64,000 nucleotides of DNA from an uncultured bacterium (GCA_963702025.1 OY969699.1:1312001-1376000), one strand, 5' to 3'; counted from the stretch's first letter, positions 40,585 through 51,422 are shown. The notes: a model not told the origin generated them from the sequence alone. Numbers and translations are program-made.

Positions 40585-41970
40585 TTAACTACTATATAAA
40601 CGCTTTATAATATCATCTGCTTTAATAATAATTTCTCTGCCATGCCGCATTTCAAGATTGGTATATTGCTTAGCATATTCCTCGGCAAGTTTTTTCAGCT
40701 CAGCCGATTTTCTTACCTGCTCAGAGGTAAGCGTTTGCAATCCTTGTTTTTTTGCTGCAACAGATAATTGATCTTTTTCATCTTTTGAAAGTTCAGAATC
40801 ATTTTTCAGTAGAGCATCAAGAGCTTGCAAGAACTCTACCGGTATGCGTTCTTTTCTGTTTTCTGCTGCGTCATCCGAACCAATATTCCAGCCAAACCAA
40901 GCAAGCACGCCTTTTATTCTCGGCGATTTACGTACTTGGGCCATTACATATTCATGAACATGTCCGGGCAACCCATCATACAGGTATAATCCATGATTTT
41001 CCGGCTTAATGTATAGTAACTGTTTTGCTTCATCAATTTTACCGCACAGCATATGCTTCTTATTTGCCGGCAACATTGATTCTTCACGGCCATTCGGGCC
41101 AAATCGCATATCAATCCCATACGGGCGATATAATTTTTTTCTATCAACAAAATGTGATGCGTCACGCGAATAGGCAAACGGATTTTTACTATAAAAGGCA
41201 AGAGGATCTTGAATTGTTCCGGTAATGGTCGGATTAAACTTTTTTATATAGTTCATGATAAAGTTGTATATCTTGAAATCTTTATCTTCAATCACAAAAG
41301 TACCTTCATCAAATCCCTGTCCATTTTCTAACGCGAAACTGTAAAAAAACCAGTTTAAGGCGACAAGAGAACGCAAATACTCTTCTTGCGTTGCTGTTGG
41401 TATTTGATCCAATTTTCCTTCCATAATGCTCCGCATATATGATGTGCCCAACGTAATTTGGGTAAAAGCATTATAAGGATTCATCGGAGTAGTAGTAGCA
41501 ATTTTATTAAATCCGGCTTCAATTTTGCCAGCAAGCTCAATAGGTAATTTTAGTAATGTTATAGCGCTGTTTGCCAAATCAACCCAGTCATCTTCTACTA
41601 TTGCAGACGGCACCAGGCGCAATTGAGGCAATTGGGGCAATTGAGATTGCAAGAGATTTATGTTTTGGTTAATTGAGGCATTCGGCACAATATTTTGTTC
41701 ATGGTGATCCCTATTAAATGGTTCTTGAGGAACTTGATCTTGAGTAATAGGCGATGATACATTGATATTTTGTTGTTTTCTGAGCGCAACTTCTTCATAA
41801 GTGCCAAGCCTGTTGTTTAACGTTAGATCTTTATACATTAGATATGCCAATGTTCCACCGGCAACTATTGCTCCGGCAGTAGCTTTTTTCCAATTTGATT
41901 TCAACCATTGCATTGGCAATGCTGTTGAGGGGATCAAGAGCGCTAAAAGCGCTATTTTTAAATAATTCAT
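40585..41970 (-). CDS. Exported hypothetical protein with N-terminal TM helix, Q/N/P-rich linker and globular C-terminal domain
   Basis: 461-aa ORF, GGAGG upstream, signal peptide, TM helix ATAGAIVAGGTLAYLMY. Confidence 0.8.
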   Translation of the reverse strand: MNYLKIALLALLIPSTALPMQWLKSNWKKATAGAIVAGGTLAYLMYKDLTLNNRLGTYEEVALRKQQNINVSSPITQDQVPQEPFNRDHHEQNIVPNASINQNINLLQSQLPQLPQLRLVPSAIVEDDWVDLANSAITLLKLPIELAGKIEAGFNKIATTTPMNPYNAFTQITLGTSYMRSIMEGKLDQIPTATQEEYLRSLVALNWFFYSFALENGQGFDEGTFVIEDKDFKIYNFIMNYIKKFNPTITGTIQDPLAFYSKNPFAYSRDASHFVDRKKLYRPYGIDMRFGPNGREESMLPANKKHMLCGKIDEAKQLLYIKPENHGLYLYDGLPGHVHEYVMAQVRKSPRIKGVLAWFGWNIGSDDAAENRKERIPVEFLQALDALLKNDSELSKDEKDQLSVAAKKQGLQTLTSEQVRKSAELKKLAEEYAKQYTNLEMRHGREIIIKADDIIKRLYSS

Positions 41971-42160
41971 CTATATCTATAAAACCTCCATAATAATTTA
42001 GTTATACCTCAAGGATACCAAATTAGGCCTATTTGTCAATTGCCAACTTAGTATTACCCAATAACCCTCGCCCAATCTTTTCTATTTGTCAATTTAAACC
42101 TGTCTGCTTGATTTACAAATATGATTTTAAACACGGAACCGACTAATCTTTCATTATAAT

Positions 42161-42188
42161 TTGACATTTAAAACAAAAAAGACATACT
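42161..42188 (+). promoter_or_regulatory. Putative sigma70 promoter of the ankyrin array
   Basis: TTGACA-16 bp-CATACT about 50 bp upstream of the first array gene. Confidence 0.5.
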
Positions 42189-42235
42189 AATTACTAACAG
42201 CATTTAAGACTGATATAACCAAATATGGAGATTAT

Positions 42236-43597
42236 ATGTATACCAAGAAACACTTAAGCACACTTTTTTTTGCCGCTGCTTTAACAGGCAATGCATCACA
42301 TGCAATGCATCTTTATCAGCAAGAACGAGTCGTTGAAAAACAACAAGAAGAAGCAACCAAGCAATTGATCATCCTGCTTTCCTTCACTTATCCTACAAAT
42401 ACTCAAGAAAAAGATAATTTGATAACCAAAATTAAAGAATTATTAGTAAAAGGTGCAAATCCCGATGGAGATCAAGATGGCAATAGACCGTTAGTGTGGG
42501 CCGCTCGAAGCTGCGGCCGTTATGTTGATCCGGTACGCACTCTCCTTGAGCATGGCGCCAATCCTAATGTGCAAGTGCAAGATACTAGGGGCGAAACCGC
42601 ATTAATAGGTGCTGCCCGCTCTGGCCATCTAGATACGGCGCGACTCCTACTTGAGCATGGCGCTGAAGCTAATATGCAAGTTAATGATGGCAATACTGCA
42701 TTACTAGTTGCTACTGATTATCACAATAAAAATATCGTGCGCCTTCTTCTTGCTCATCATGCAAAGCCAAATATTAAAAATAATAATGGAGATACCGCAC
42801 TTCTTAAAGCAGTCAAAAAAGAAAAACCCGCAATTGACATTATTCGTTTACTTCTTGAAGACGGGCATGCCGATCCTAACATTCAAGATACAGATGGCAA
42901 TAGCCCATTGCATTTGGCCACCCCTCATGAAAATATTGTTCGTCTTCTTTTTGAGCATAAGGCAAAACCTAATCTAAAAAATAATGCTGGCTACACGGCC
43001 TTAATTAATTTTATTAAAAATAAAAATCAAATTCCCTCCATGCCGGTACAGATCATTCTTGAGAATGAAGCTAATCCAAATATAAAAGACACAGATGGCG
43101 CTACTGCATTGCACCATGCCGCACGGTATGGGCATGCTCCTATAGCCAAGCTACTTCTTGAATACGGCGCTGATCCACTGATAGCAGATAATCATGGCGT
43201 AACAGCCTTATTATTGGCCGCTCAGCATGGACAAAGGGAAATTGCTTCGCAACTCATTAAGTATGCAATCACAAAGAGAATAGCTGGACTCAAGGTAATC
43301 CGCGCAGCAAATGATTCCTATTTAAGCTTACTACCTGCTGATCTTTTTGAATTTGCAACAAAAAATTTTCTAAGCCAAGCGTCCGATAACACCACTAACG
43401 ATGTTGGCAATACCCCTTTACACGCTGCTGCTCAAAATGGCCACGATGATATTGTAAAGCTTCTTCTTAAGAATTGCGCGGATAAAGAATGCTTAAACAA
43501 TGCGGGCAAAACTGCGTTGGCTCTAGCACAAGAAAAAAACTATCAAGCTGTTATTGATTTGCTGGAAGAAAAACCAGCAGAGGGCAAGCAAAAATAA
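42236..43597 (+). CDS. Secreted ankyrin-repeat protein (array gene 1)
   Basis: Signal ..SHA-MHLYQQ; multiple G.T(A/P)LH.AA..G ankyrin repeats. Confidence 0.93.
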   Translation: MYTKKHLSTLFFAAALTGNASHAMHLYQQERVVEKQQEEATKQLIILLSFTYPTNTQEKDNLITKIKELLVKGANPDGDQDGNRPLVWAARSCGRYVDPVRTLLEHGANPNVQVQDTRGETALIGAARSGHLDTARLLLEHGAEANMQVNDGNTALLVATDYHNKNIVRLLLAHHAKPNIKNNNGDTALLKAVKKEKPAIDIIRLLLEDGHADPNIQDTDGNSPLHLATPHENIVRLLFEHKAKPNLKNNAGYTALINFIKNKNQIPSMPVQIILENEANPNIKDTDGATALHHAARYGHAPIAKLLLEYGADPLIADNHGVTALLLAAQHGQREIASQLIKYAITKRIAGLKVIRAANDSYLSLLPADLFEFATKNFLSQASDNTTNDVGNTPLHAAAQNGHDDIVKLLLKNCADKECLNNAGKTALALAQEKNYQAVIDLLEEKPAEGKQK

Positions 43598-43615
43598 ATT
43601 TTAAATGGAGAAACC

Positions 43616-45094
43616 ATGAATATAAAAAAACAATATGTCACACTTTTTATTACCGCTGCTTTAATGGGTAGTTCATCTTACGCAATGCATCTTTATCAAC
43701 AAACGAAAGTAATTGAAAAACAACAAGAAGAAGCAACCAAGCAATTGATCATCCTGCTTTCCTTCACTTATCCTACAAATACTCAAGAAAAAGATAATTT
43801 GATAACCAAAATTAAAGAATTATTAGTAAAAGGTGCAAATCCCGATGGAGATCAAGATGGCAATAGACCGTTAGTGTGGGCCGCTCGAAGCTGCGGCCGT
43901 TATGTTGATCCGGTACGCACTCTCCTTGAGCATGGCGCCAATCCTAATATCCAAGATTGGTTTGGCAATACCGCATTAATAGACGCCGCACAGACTGACC
44001 AAGTTGCCTCTGTAAGCCTCCTGCTTGAGCGTGGCGCTAAATCTGATATCCAAGATCATTGGGGCTCAACCGCATTAATATGTGCTGCCAATCGGGGGCA
44101 TTCTGATACGACGCGCGTTCTGCTTGAGCATGGCGCTAATACTGATATCCAAGCTAATGATGGCAAAACCGCATTACTAGTTGCTACTCAATTCCACAAT
44201 AAAAATATCATGCGCCTCCTTCTTGCTCATCAGGCCAAGCCAAATATTAAAAACCATCATGGAGATACCGCACTTCTTACCGCAATAAAAAAAGAAGAAC
44301 CAGCAATTGAGATTATTCGTTTACTTCTTGAAGACGGGCATGCCGATCCTAACATTCAAGATAAAGATGGCAATAGCCCATTGCATTTGGCCACCCATAA
44401 TGAAAATATTGTAAGTCTTCTTTTTGAGCATGAAGCGAAGCCTAATCTAAAAAATAACGCCGGAAATACAGCCTTGATTAATTTTATTAAAAACCAGAAT
44501 CAAATTCCCTCCATGCCGGTACAGATCATTCTTGAGAATGAAGCTAATCCAAATATAAAAGACACAGATGGCGCTACTGCATTGCACTACGCCGCACGGT
44601 ATGGGCATGCTCCCATTGCAAAACTACTTCTTGAATATGGCGCTGATCCGCTGATAGCAGATAATCATGGCGTAACAGCTTTATTATTGGCCGCACAGCA
44701 TGGACAAAAGGAAATTGCTTCGCAACTCATTAAGTATGCTATCACCTTGAAAATAGCTGGACTCAAGTCAATCCGGGCAGAAAAAGACTGCTATTTAAAC
44801 TTATTACCCGGTGACCTTTTTCAATTTACTTTAAAATCTTTTCTGATCCCAAGTTGCCTCAGTTTCCTCAATGGCGCCAATGATGTTGGCAACACGCCAT
44901 TACATGTTGCCGCTCAAAATAACGATTTTGATATGATAAAGCTCCTTCTTGAGCATGGTGCAGATAAAACATACTTAAACAATGAGGGCAAAACTGCATT
45001 GGATATAGCCAAAGAAAAAAGCTATAAAACTATTATTGATTTGCTGCAAGATAAACCGGCGGAGAATCCAAGCGAGCAAGATAATAAAAAGTAA
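43616..45094 (+). CDS. Secreted ankyrin-repeat protein (array gene 2)
   Basis: Paralog of gene 1 with one extra repeat. Confidence 0.93.
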   Translation: MNIKKQYVTLFITAALMGSSSYAMHLYQQTKVIEKQQEEATKQLIILLSFTYPTNTQEKDNLITKIKELLVKGANPDGDQDGNRPLVWAARSCGRYVDPVRTLLEHGANPNIQDWFGNTALIDAAQTDQVASVSLLLERGAKSDIQDHWGSTALICAANRGHSDTTRVLLEHGANTDIQANDGKTALLVATQFHNKNIMRLLLAHQAKPNIKNHHGDTALLTAIKKEEPAIEIIRLLLEDGHADPNIQDKDGNSPLHLATHNENIVSLLFEHEAKPNLKNNAGNTALINFIKNQNQIPSMPVQIILENEANPNIKDTDGATALHYAARYGHAPIAKLLLEYGADPLIADNHGVTALLLAAQHGQKEIASQLIKYAITLKIAGLKSIRAEKDCYLNLLPGDLFQFTLKSFLIPSCLSFLNGANDVGNTPLHVAAQNNDFDMIKLLLEHGADKTYLNNEGKTALDIAKEKSYKTIIDLLQDKPAENPSEQDNKK

Positions 45095-45112
45095 AGTTTA
45101 GATGGAGAAATT

Positions 45113-46480
45113 ATGAATACCAGAAAACACTTAATAACACTGTTTATTGCCGCTTCTTTAACCGCCAGTTCATCTCGCGCAATGCATCTTTACCAGCAAG
45201 AGCGAGTAGTTGAAAAACAAAAAGAAGAAGCAACCAAGCAATTAATCACATTGATTTCCAACATCTATCCTACAAATACTCAAGAAAAAGATAATTTAAT
45301 AACCAAAATTAAAGAATTATTGTTAAAAGGTGCAAATCCCGATGGATATAAAGATAGTCATAGACCGTTAGTATGGGCTGCTAGAAACAGCCGCTATGCT
45401 GATCCGGTGCGCATTCTTCTTGAGTATGGGGCTAACCCCAATGTACAAGATAATAGCGGCACAACCGCATTAATAGGCGCTGCCTGCGGTGGCCATGTTG
45501 ATACGGCACGCATTCTCTTTGAGCATTGCGTGGATCCTGATATCCAAGATTATCGTGGCAATACCGCTTTAATATTTGCAACCCATTTTCACAATAAAAA
45601 TATCGTGCGCCTCCTTCTTACTTATCATACTCATTGGGCCGATCCCGATATTAAAGATAATCATGGAGATACGGCACTTATTGTAGCAAGTAGAGAAGAA
45701 AAACCGATCATCGAAATTATTCGTTTACTTCTTGAAAAGAAAGGCCACGCCAATCCTAACATTCAAGATAAAGATGGCAACAGCCCATTGCTCTTGGCCA
45801 CCCATAATGAAAATATTATAAGTCTTCTTTTTGAGCACGGGGCAAAACCTAATTTAAAAAATAAGGCCGGCAACACCGCATTAATTAATTTTGTTAAAAG
45901 CTCGCATAATATACCCTCCATGCCAGTAGAGCTCCTTCTTAAAAATGAAGCTAATCCAAATATAAAAAATAATGATGGTGCCACTGCATTGCACTATGCT
46001 GCACGGTACGGGCATGCTCCTATAGCCAAACTCCTTCTTGAATATGGTGCTGCCCCGGTAATGGCCGATAATCATGGCGTAACAGCCTTATTATTGGCCG
46101 CTCAGCATGGACAAAGGGAAATTGCTTCGGAACTTATTAAGCATGCAATCACAAAGAAAATAGATGGACTCAAAGCACTTCGTGAGGTGAAAAACTGCTA
46201 TTTAAGCTTATTGCCGAGTGACCTTATTGTATTTACCGTAAAACTGCAAGCCGCAGATTTCATCAATGGCGCCAATGATGTTGGCAATACCCCTTTACAC
46301 GCTGCTGCTCAAAATGGCCATGCTGAGATTGTACGGCTTCTTCTTGAAAATAGTGCGGATAAAGCATTCTTAAACAATGAGGGCAAAACTGCGTTGGCTC
46401 TAGCGCAAGAAAATAAAAATCAAAATATTATTGATCTGCTGCACGATAAATCAGCAGAGAACCAAAACGAGCAAAAGTAA
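45113..46480 (+). CDS. Secreted ankyrin-repeat protein (array gene 3)
   Basis: Paralog of genes 1 and 2. Confidence 0.93.
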   Translation: MNTRKHLITLFIAASLTASSSRAMHLYQQERVVEKQKEEATKQLITLISNIYPTNTQEKDNLITKIKELLLKGANPDGYKDSHRPLVWAARNSRYADPVRILLEYGANPNVQDNSGTTALIGAACGGHVDTARILFEHCVDPDIQDYRGNTALIFATHFHNKNIVRLLLTYHTHWADPDIKDNHGDTALIVASREEKPIIEIIRLLLEKKGHANPNIQDKDGNSPLLLATHNENIISLLFEHGAKPNLKNKAGNTALINFVKSSHNIPSMPVELLLKNEANPNIKNNDGATALHYAARYGHAPIAKLLLEYGAAPVMADNHGVTALLLAAQHGQREIASELIKHAITKKIDGLKALREVKNCYLSLLPSDLIVFTVKLQAADFINGANDVGNTPLHAAAQNGHAEIVRLLLENSADKAFLNNEGKTALALAQENKNQNIIDLLHDKSAENQNEQK

Positions 46481-46498
46481 ATTCTAAATGGAGAAATC

Positions 46499-47476
46499 AT
46501 GGATATCAAAAAACTAAATTTTCTTTTTGCACCAGTCATACTCATCAGCACCGGTGCAAGCACAATGGAAAAAGCTTGGATACCTACTTATTTAAACAAA
46601 CAAGAAGCGCTCAAAATTGAAAAAGAAAAAAAAGCTGCGGCAGAAGAAGCTGCTAAAAAAGCTGCGCATGAAACCGCAATAGCTGCTGAGAAAGCAAGGG
46701 AAGCTGCAACTTATGAATTGATTATGCTTATCAAAAAAACTAGAAGTCAATTTGATTATAACAAGTATACCCCCGAAGGGCAAAAAGCTATTATTGAAGC
46801 AAAAGAAGAAGAAGCTCTTGCAGAAAAAAGAGTAGCGGAACTACTTCAAGCTGGCGCAGATCCAAATGTAAAAACTTCTGTTAATCGTGGGTTTAAAAAG
46901 TATAGCGCTAAGACCACACTTCTTATTTTGGCTCTTGAGAAGGGATTTTTTGGAATTGCCAAATTACTTATCAAAGCCGGATCGGATGTAAACTTTACAG
47001 ATAGTCATAACACCATATTGCAAACAGCAATAAAAATTCAAATGGATAATAGATCTATTGATACTGTTCGTATGCTTCTTGAATATGGAGCCAATCCAGA
47101 TTTAACGAGCGTAAGCGATACTAGAACCCCATTGGAGCTTGCTCTTAATTGTTATGATTTTTGTTATCAAAAATTTACAGAAACTTTACAAATTCTATTA
47201 GATCATGGCGCCAATCCAAATATGATTACGAACAGTGAAGGCTATACATTATTACATATGGCAGCTCTAAAAAATAATCCAGAAGCAGTTTCCCTATTAC
47301 TTCAATTCGGCGCCGATCCGCTCCTTCTCAATAAGGAAGGAAAATCGGCAGGCATGATTGCACAAGAAAAATTAGAATCCGAACAAACAGATGAAGAAAA
47401 AGCGCGGTATAAAGAAATAATTGAAATGCTCAACAACCCCCGAGCTATTAAATGCGGAGGTCAAAAGCTGATCTAA
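46499..47476 (+). CDS. Secreted ankyrin-repeat protein with E/A/K-rich helix (array gene 4)
   Basis: Signal ..GAST-MEK; EKKAAAEEAAKKAA; LLEYGANPD ankyrin repeats. Confidence 0.9.
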   Translation: MDIKKLNFLFAPVILISTGASTMEKAWIPTYLNKQEALKIEKEKKAAAEEAAKKAAHETAIAAEKAREAATYELIMLIKKTRSQFDYNKYTPEGQKAIIEAKEEEALAEKRVAELLQAGADPNVKTSVNRGFKKYSAKTTLLILALEKGFFGIAKLLIKAGSDVNFTDSHNTILQTAIKIQMDNRSIDTVRMLLEYGANPDLTSVSDTRTPLELALNCYDFCYQKFTETLQILLDHGANPNMITNSEGYTLLHMAALKNNPEAVSLLLQFGADPLLLNKEGKSAGMIAQEKLESEQTDEEKARYKEIIEMLNNPRAIKCGGQKLI

Positions 47477-47505
47477 ATGATAAGAATAATTTTGATGGAG
47501 AAAAT

Positions 47506-48879
47506 ATGAACACCAAAAAACATTTATGCATGCTTTTTATTACCGCTGCTTTAATGGGTAGTTCATCTCAGGCTATGCATCTTTATCAGCAAGAGCGAGT
47601 GGTTGAAAAAGAAGAAGCAAAAAAAGCTACTGATCAACTAATGAAACTACTAAGGGAAACTGATTTTAAAAGAATATTAGATAATGATGCAGAAATAAAC
47701 CATCTTACAAAAAAAATAAATAATTTAATATCAAAAGGTGCAGATCCTGATCTCAAGTATGAGAATTGTATGGTTGCATTCAGTTTGGCTGCGGCAACAG
47801 GCAATATTAAAATTGTGAGATTCTTTCTTAAAAATATAAATTCTGATCTAAAAGGTAAGCCTTTATATTTAGCTGCGCGCAACGGCCATACTGATATTGC
47901 AAAACTTCTGCTTGAAAACGAGGCTAATCCCCATAGAGCCTATGAGTATGAGAGAAAAACCCCATTGATGCAAGCTTCAGAAAAAGGACATCTTGGTATT
48001 GTAAGTCTATTGCTTGAAAAAGGCGCCTATATAAATGCAAAAGATTATAATGACTGTACCGCATTAAGCTTTGCTGCAGAGCATAATCATACTGCCATCG
48101 TAAAACTGCTCCTTGAAAAGGGTGCCAACGCCAATACACAAGAATATACTCTTTATAGAGATACACCTCTTATCAAAGCGGCTGCTCGCGGCTATTTAGA
48201 TATCGTTGATCTTTTACTAAAAGCAGGAGCAAATCCGGATACACAAAATAAAGATCGAGAGACTGCGTTAACATGGGCGACCCGTCGAAAGAATATAAAG
48301 ATTATGAATCTTCTTCTTGAAAAAAATGCTAACCCTAATCTACAACAGCATGAGCTCAAAACTGCATTAATGATTGCAGCCGAACAAGGCGATACTGGTG
48401 CTGTAGAAATACTTCTTAAAAAAAATGCCGATCCTTATATCAAATCTAAATATGGTAAAAACGCATTATTTTTTGCCGCTGAGCAGGGACACTGTGACAT
48501 TGCTCACCTTTTGCTTCAATCTCTTGTTCAGTTGCAAAAATTGACAACGACTTCAATAGAATCGGCTAGCAAAGAAAAAAATTCTTATTTGTGTTTGCTG
48601 CCCGGTGATCTTGTTAAACTGGCAACAAAATACACGATAACTGCTTATCGAATAAACATGATTCATGCTGTTAGTGATTATGGCAGTACGCCATTACATG
48701 GTGCAACTTTCTACGGGCATGCTGATTTTGTACGACTTCTTCTTGAGCATGGTGCTGATAAAACCATTAAAAATAATTTTGGCAAAACTGCGTTGGATAT
48801 AGCTAAGGAAAAAAGCAATCAAGCTATTATTGATCTGCTACACGATAAACCGGCAGAGAGCCAAAGCGAGCAAAACTAA
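47506..48879 (+). CDS. Secreted ankyrin-repeat protein (array gene 5)
   Basis: GGAG SD before ATG 47506; A-MHLYQQ leader; divergent ankyrin core. Confidence 0.92.
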   Translation: MNTKKHLCMLFITAALMGSSSQAMHLYQQERVVEKEEAKKATDQLMKLLRETDFKRILDNDAEINHLTKKINNLISKGADPDLKYENCMVAFSLAAATGNIKIVRFFLKNINSDLKGKPLYLAARNGHTDIAKLLLENEANPHRAYEYERKTPLMQASEKGHLGIVSLLLEKGAYINAKDYNDCTALSFAAEHNHTAIVKLLLEKGANANTQEYTLYRDTPLIKAAARGYLDIVDLLLKAGANPDTQNKDRETALTWATRRKNIKIMNLLLEKNANPNLQQHELKTALMIAAEQGDTGAVEILLKKNADPYIKSKYGKNALFFAAEQGHCDIAHLLLQSLVQLQKLTTTSIESASKEKNSYLCLLPGDLVKLATKYTITAYRINMIHAVSDYGSTPLHGATFYGHADFVRLLLEHGADKTIKNNFGKTALDIAKEKSNQAIIDLLHDKPAESQSEQN

Positions 48880-48898
48880 ATTTTAAATGGAGAACACT

Positions 48899-50218
48899 AT
48901 GAATACCAAAAAAATAATATCCAATATTTGCGTGCCGCTCTTGTTTTCAGGCTCCTTTTTAGGCGCCATGGAAAAAGTAACGCCCACTTATCCACAAGAA
49001 CTTCAGCGCACTCAATTCGTTTTTGAAAACTTACCTCTGGATATTCGGCGCTATTTGCTTCCATTCATTGCCAGCGGCGATATTCCTACCGCAGCACGAA
49101 GCATCCTTGCCCTTGCAGCAACCAATAAAGCATTGCGCGCATTTCTCAATAATCCTGATAATATGCTGATTGTGCTCCAATCTTTACCGTATCCTGCCCA
49201 TGCAATTGATTTAGCAATTGGAGAAGGTCGCAGATCATATGGATCTACCAATCGGCCAAAACTAGCAAAGATGCCGGTTATAAAGAATAAAAAAATAAGA
49301 GACTGGATTGAAAAACAACAAAATGAACTCGTAATGGGGGAAGAACTTGTAAATGCTGCCACAAACCATAATCTAGAAACAGTAGAGCTGCTTCTTAAAA
49401 ATCCAAAAATAGATTTAAATTATCAATGGGGCTTTGGATTTACTGCTCTCATGGAAGCAGTACGATCGAGACCAAAAGGGCGCATTGACAATAGCATCGC
49501 AATCATGAAACTACTTCTTGATGCGCAAGCAAATCCTGATTTGCAAAATTTTAGCTCGGGAAATACTGCGCTTATACAAGCCGCAAATAGGTGGTGGCGT
49601 CCAGAAAGAACTGTTCTCTTGCTTGAAAAAGGAGCAGATATACATCTTTTAAATAAAGATAATGAAACTGCATACGATTGCCTTTATTCCCAATGTCAGA
49701 AAAGTCCATATCGCAAAAGCGATAATGAGGTTAATGATATTCATCAATTGTTATTTTTGTTAGAACCACTAAAATCGGCTGCCGTAAATGAAAGAGGTCA
49801 AGCAGCCTTATGTTGGGCGATCGAAAACGGCCATATTAAAACAGCATCCCAGTTGATTGAACGTGTTGTTCGGCCCGCACAATATACATTTAATTTACGC
49901 ACGGAAGACAAAAAATCCTATTTTCATTTAATACAAGATGTAGAAGTTCTTAATTTAACCGCAAAATATCTGCTAGGTTATTATGTTAATTGTACATATG
50001 TTAATTGTAAAGATGTTACTGGCAATACCCCATTACATATCGCCGCTCAAAATGGCCATGCTGATTTTGTACGGCTTCTTCTTGAGTCTGGTGCGGATAA
50101 AACCATTAAAAATAATTTCGGCAAAACAGCATTAGATATAGCAAAAGAAAAAAGCTATCAAGCTATTATTGATCTGCTGCAAAGTAAATCGGCAGAGAGC
50201 CAAAGCGAGCAAAAGTAA
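48899..50218 (+). CDS. Secreted F-box-like plus ankyrin protein (array gene 6)
   Basis: Signal ..FLGA-MEK; FENLPLDIRRYLLPFI..LAATNK; ankyrin repeats; C-terminus shared with genes 5 and 7. Confidence 0.9.
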   Translation: MNTKKIISNICVPLLFSGSFLGAMEKVTPTYPQELQRTQFVFENLPLDIRRYLLPFIASGDIPTAARSILALAATNKALRAFLNNPDNMLIVLQSLPYPAHAIDLAIGEGRRSYGSTNRPKLAKMPVIKNKKIRDWIEKQQNELVMGEELVNAATNHNLETVELLLKNPKIDLNYQWGFGFTALMEAVRSRPKGRIDNSIAIMKLLLDAQANPDLQNFSSGNTALIQAANRWWRPERTVLLLEKGADIHLLNKDNETAYDCLYSQCQKSPYRKSDNEVNDIHQLLFLLEPLKSAAVNERGQAALCWAIENGHIKTASQLIERVVRPAQYTFNLRTEDKKSYFHLIQDVEVLNLTAKYLLGYYVNCTYVNCKDVTGNTPLHIAAQNGHADFVRLLLESGADKTIKNNFGKTALDIAKEKSYQAIIDLLQSKSAESQSEQK

Positions 50219-50236
50219 ATTTTAAATGGAGAAACC

Positions 50237-51403
50237 ATGAATATCAAAAAACGCTTAATAACACTTTTTATTACCGCCGCGCTAACTGGCTATTCATCAC
50301 AGGCCATGCATCTTTATCAGCAAAAGCGAGTAGATGAGAAGCAACAAAAGGAAGCAACTGAGCAATTAATCACGCTGCTTTCCTCTTATCCTATAAATAT
50401 TCAAGAAAAAGATAATTTAACAAGCAAAGTTAAAGAATTGTTAGCAAAAGGTGCAAATCCTGATGGCGATAATGATAGTAAAAGACCGTTAGTATGGGCT
50501 GCTCGATACAGCCGCCATGTTGATCCGGCGCGCATTCTCCTTGAGCATAACGCTAACCCTAATGTAAAAGGTTATAACGGCGTAACTGCGTTAATTAATG
50601 CTACTCAGCATCACCAGGTTGACACAGTGCGCCTCCTTTTGGAACACAACGCCAACCCTGATATCCAAGATAATGATGGCGATGCCGCATTAATAGTTGC
50701 TGCCTGCTGTGGCTATGGTGATACGGAGCGGGTCCTCCTTGAGCATGGCGCTAAACCTGATATCCAAGATAATCGTGGCAATACCCCCTTACTAGTCGCT
50801 ACTAGATATCACCATAAAGATACAGCGCGCCTCCTTCTTGCTCATCATGCAAAGCCAAATATTAAAAATAATGATGGAGATACGGCACTTCTTACAGCAA
50901 TTAAAAAAGACAAACCAAGCATTGACATTATTCGTTTACTTCTTGAATATGGCGCCGATCCAATGATGACAAATAATCATGGCGAAACAGCCTTATTTCG
51001 AGCCGCACAGTATGGAAAAACAGAAGTCGCTTCGCAACTCATTCAGTCAGTTATCGATCAGAAAATAACCGGACTCAAATACATCCGCGCAGAAAAAGAC
51101 TGCTATTTAAGCTTATTACCTGGTGACCTTTTTCAATTTACCCTAAAATCTTTTCTTATCCCAAGTTGCTTCCTCAATTTCCTCAATGGTGCCAATGATG
51201 TTGGCAACACCCCATTGCATGTTGCCGCAGAATATTACAACGCTGCTGATTTTGTACGGCTTCTTCTTGAACATGGTGCGGATAAAACCATTAAAAATAA
51301 TTTCGGCAAAACAGCATTAGATATAGCAAAAGAAAAAAGCTATCAAGCTATTATTGATCTTCTGCAAGATAAACCGGCAGAGAACAAAAGCGAGCAAAAG
51401 TAA
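50237..51403 (+). CDS. Secreted ankyrin-repeat protein (array gene 7)
   Basis: Paralog of genes 1-3 with fewer repeats. Confidence 0.92.
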   Translation: MNIKKRLITLFITAALTGYSSQAMHLYQQKRVDEKQQKEATEQLITLLSSYPINIQEKDNLTSKVKELLAKGANPDGDNDSKRPLVWAARYSRHVDPARILLEHNANPNVKGYNGVTALINATQHHQVDTVRLLLEHNANPDIQDNDGDAALIVAACCGYGDTERVLLEHGAKPDIQDNRGNTPLLVATRYHHKDTARLLLAHHAKPNIKNNDGDTALLTAIKKDKPSIDIIRLLLEYGADPMMTNNHGETALFRAAQYGKTEVASQLIQSVIDQKITGLKYIRAEKDCYLSLLPGDLFQFTLKSFLIPSCFLNFLNGANDVGNTPLHVAAEYYNAADFVRLLLEHGADKTIKNNFGKTALDIAKEKSYQAIIDLLQDKPAENKSEQK

Positions 51404-51422
51404 ATTTTAAATGGAGAAAACC

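Noticed and set aside
47440..47476. C-terminal CaaX prenylation motif in ankyrin gene 4 (IKCGGQKLI)
   Set aside because: The Cys is seventh from the end, not fourth; no CaaX motif was found on any effector-like protein here.
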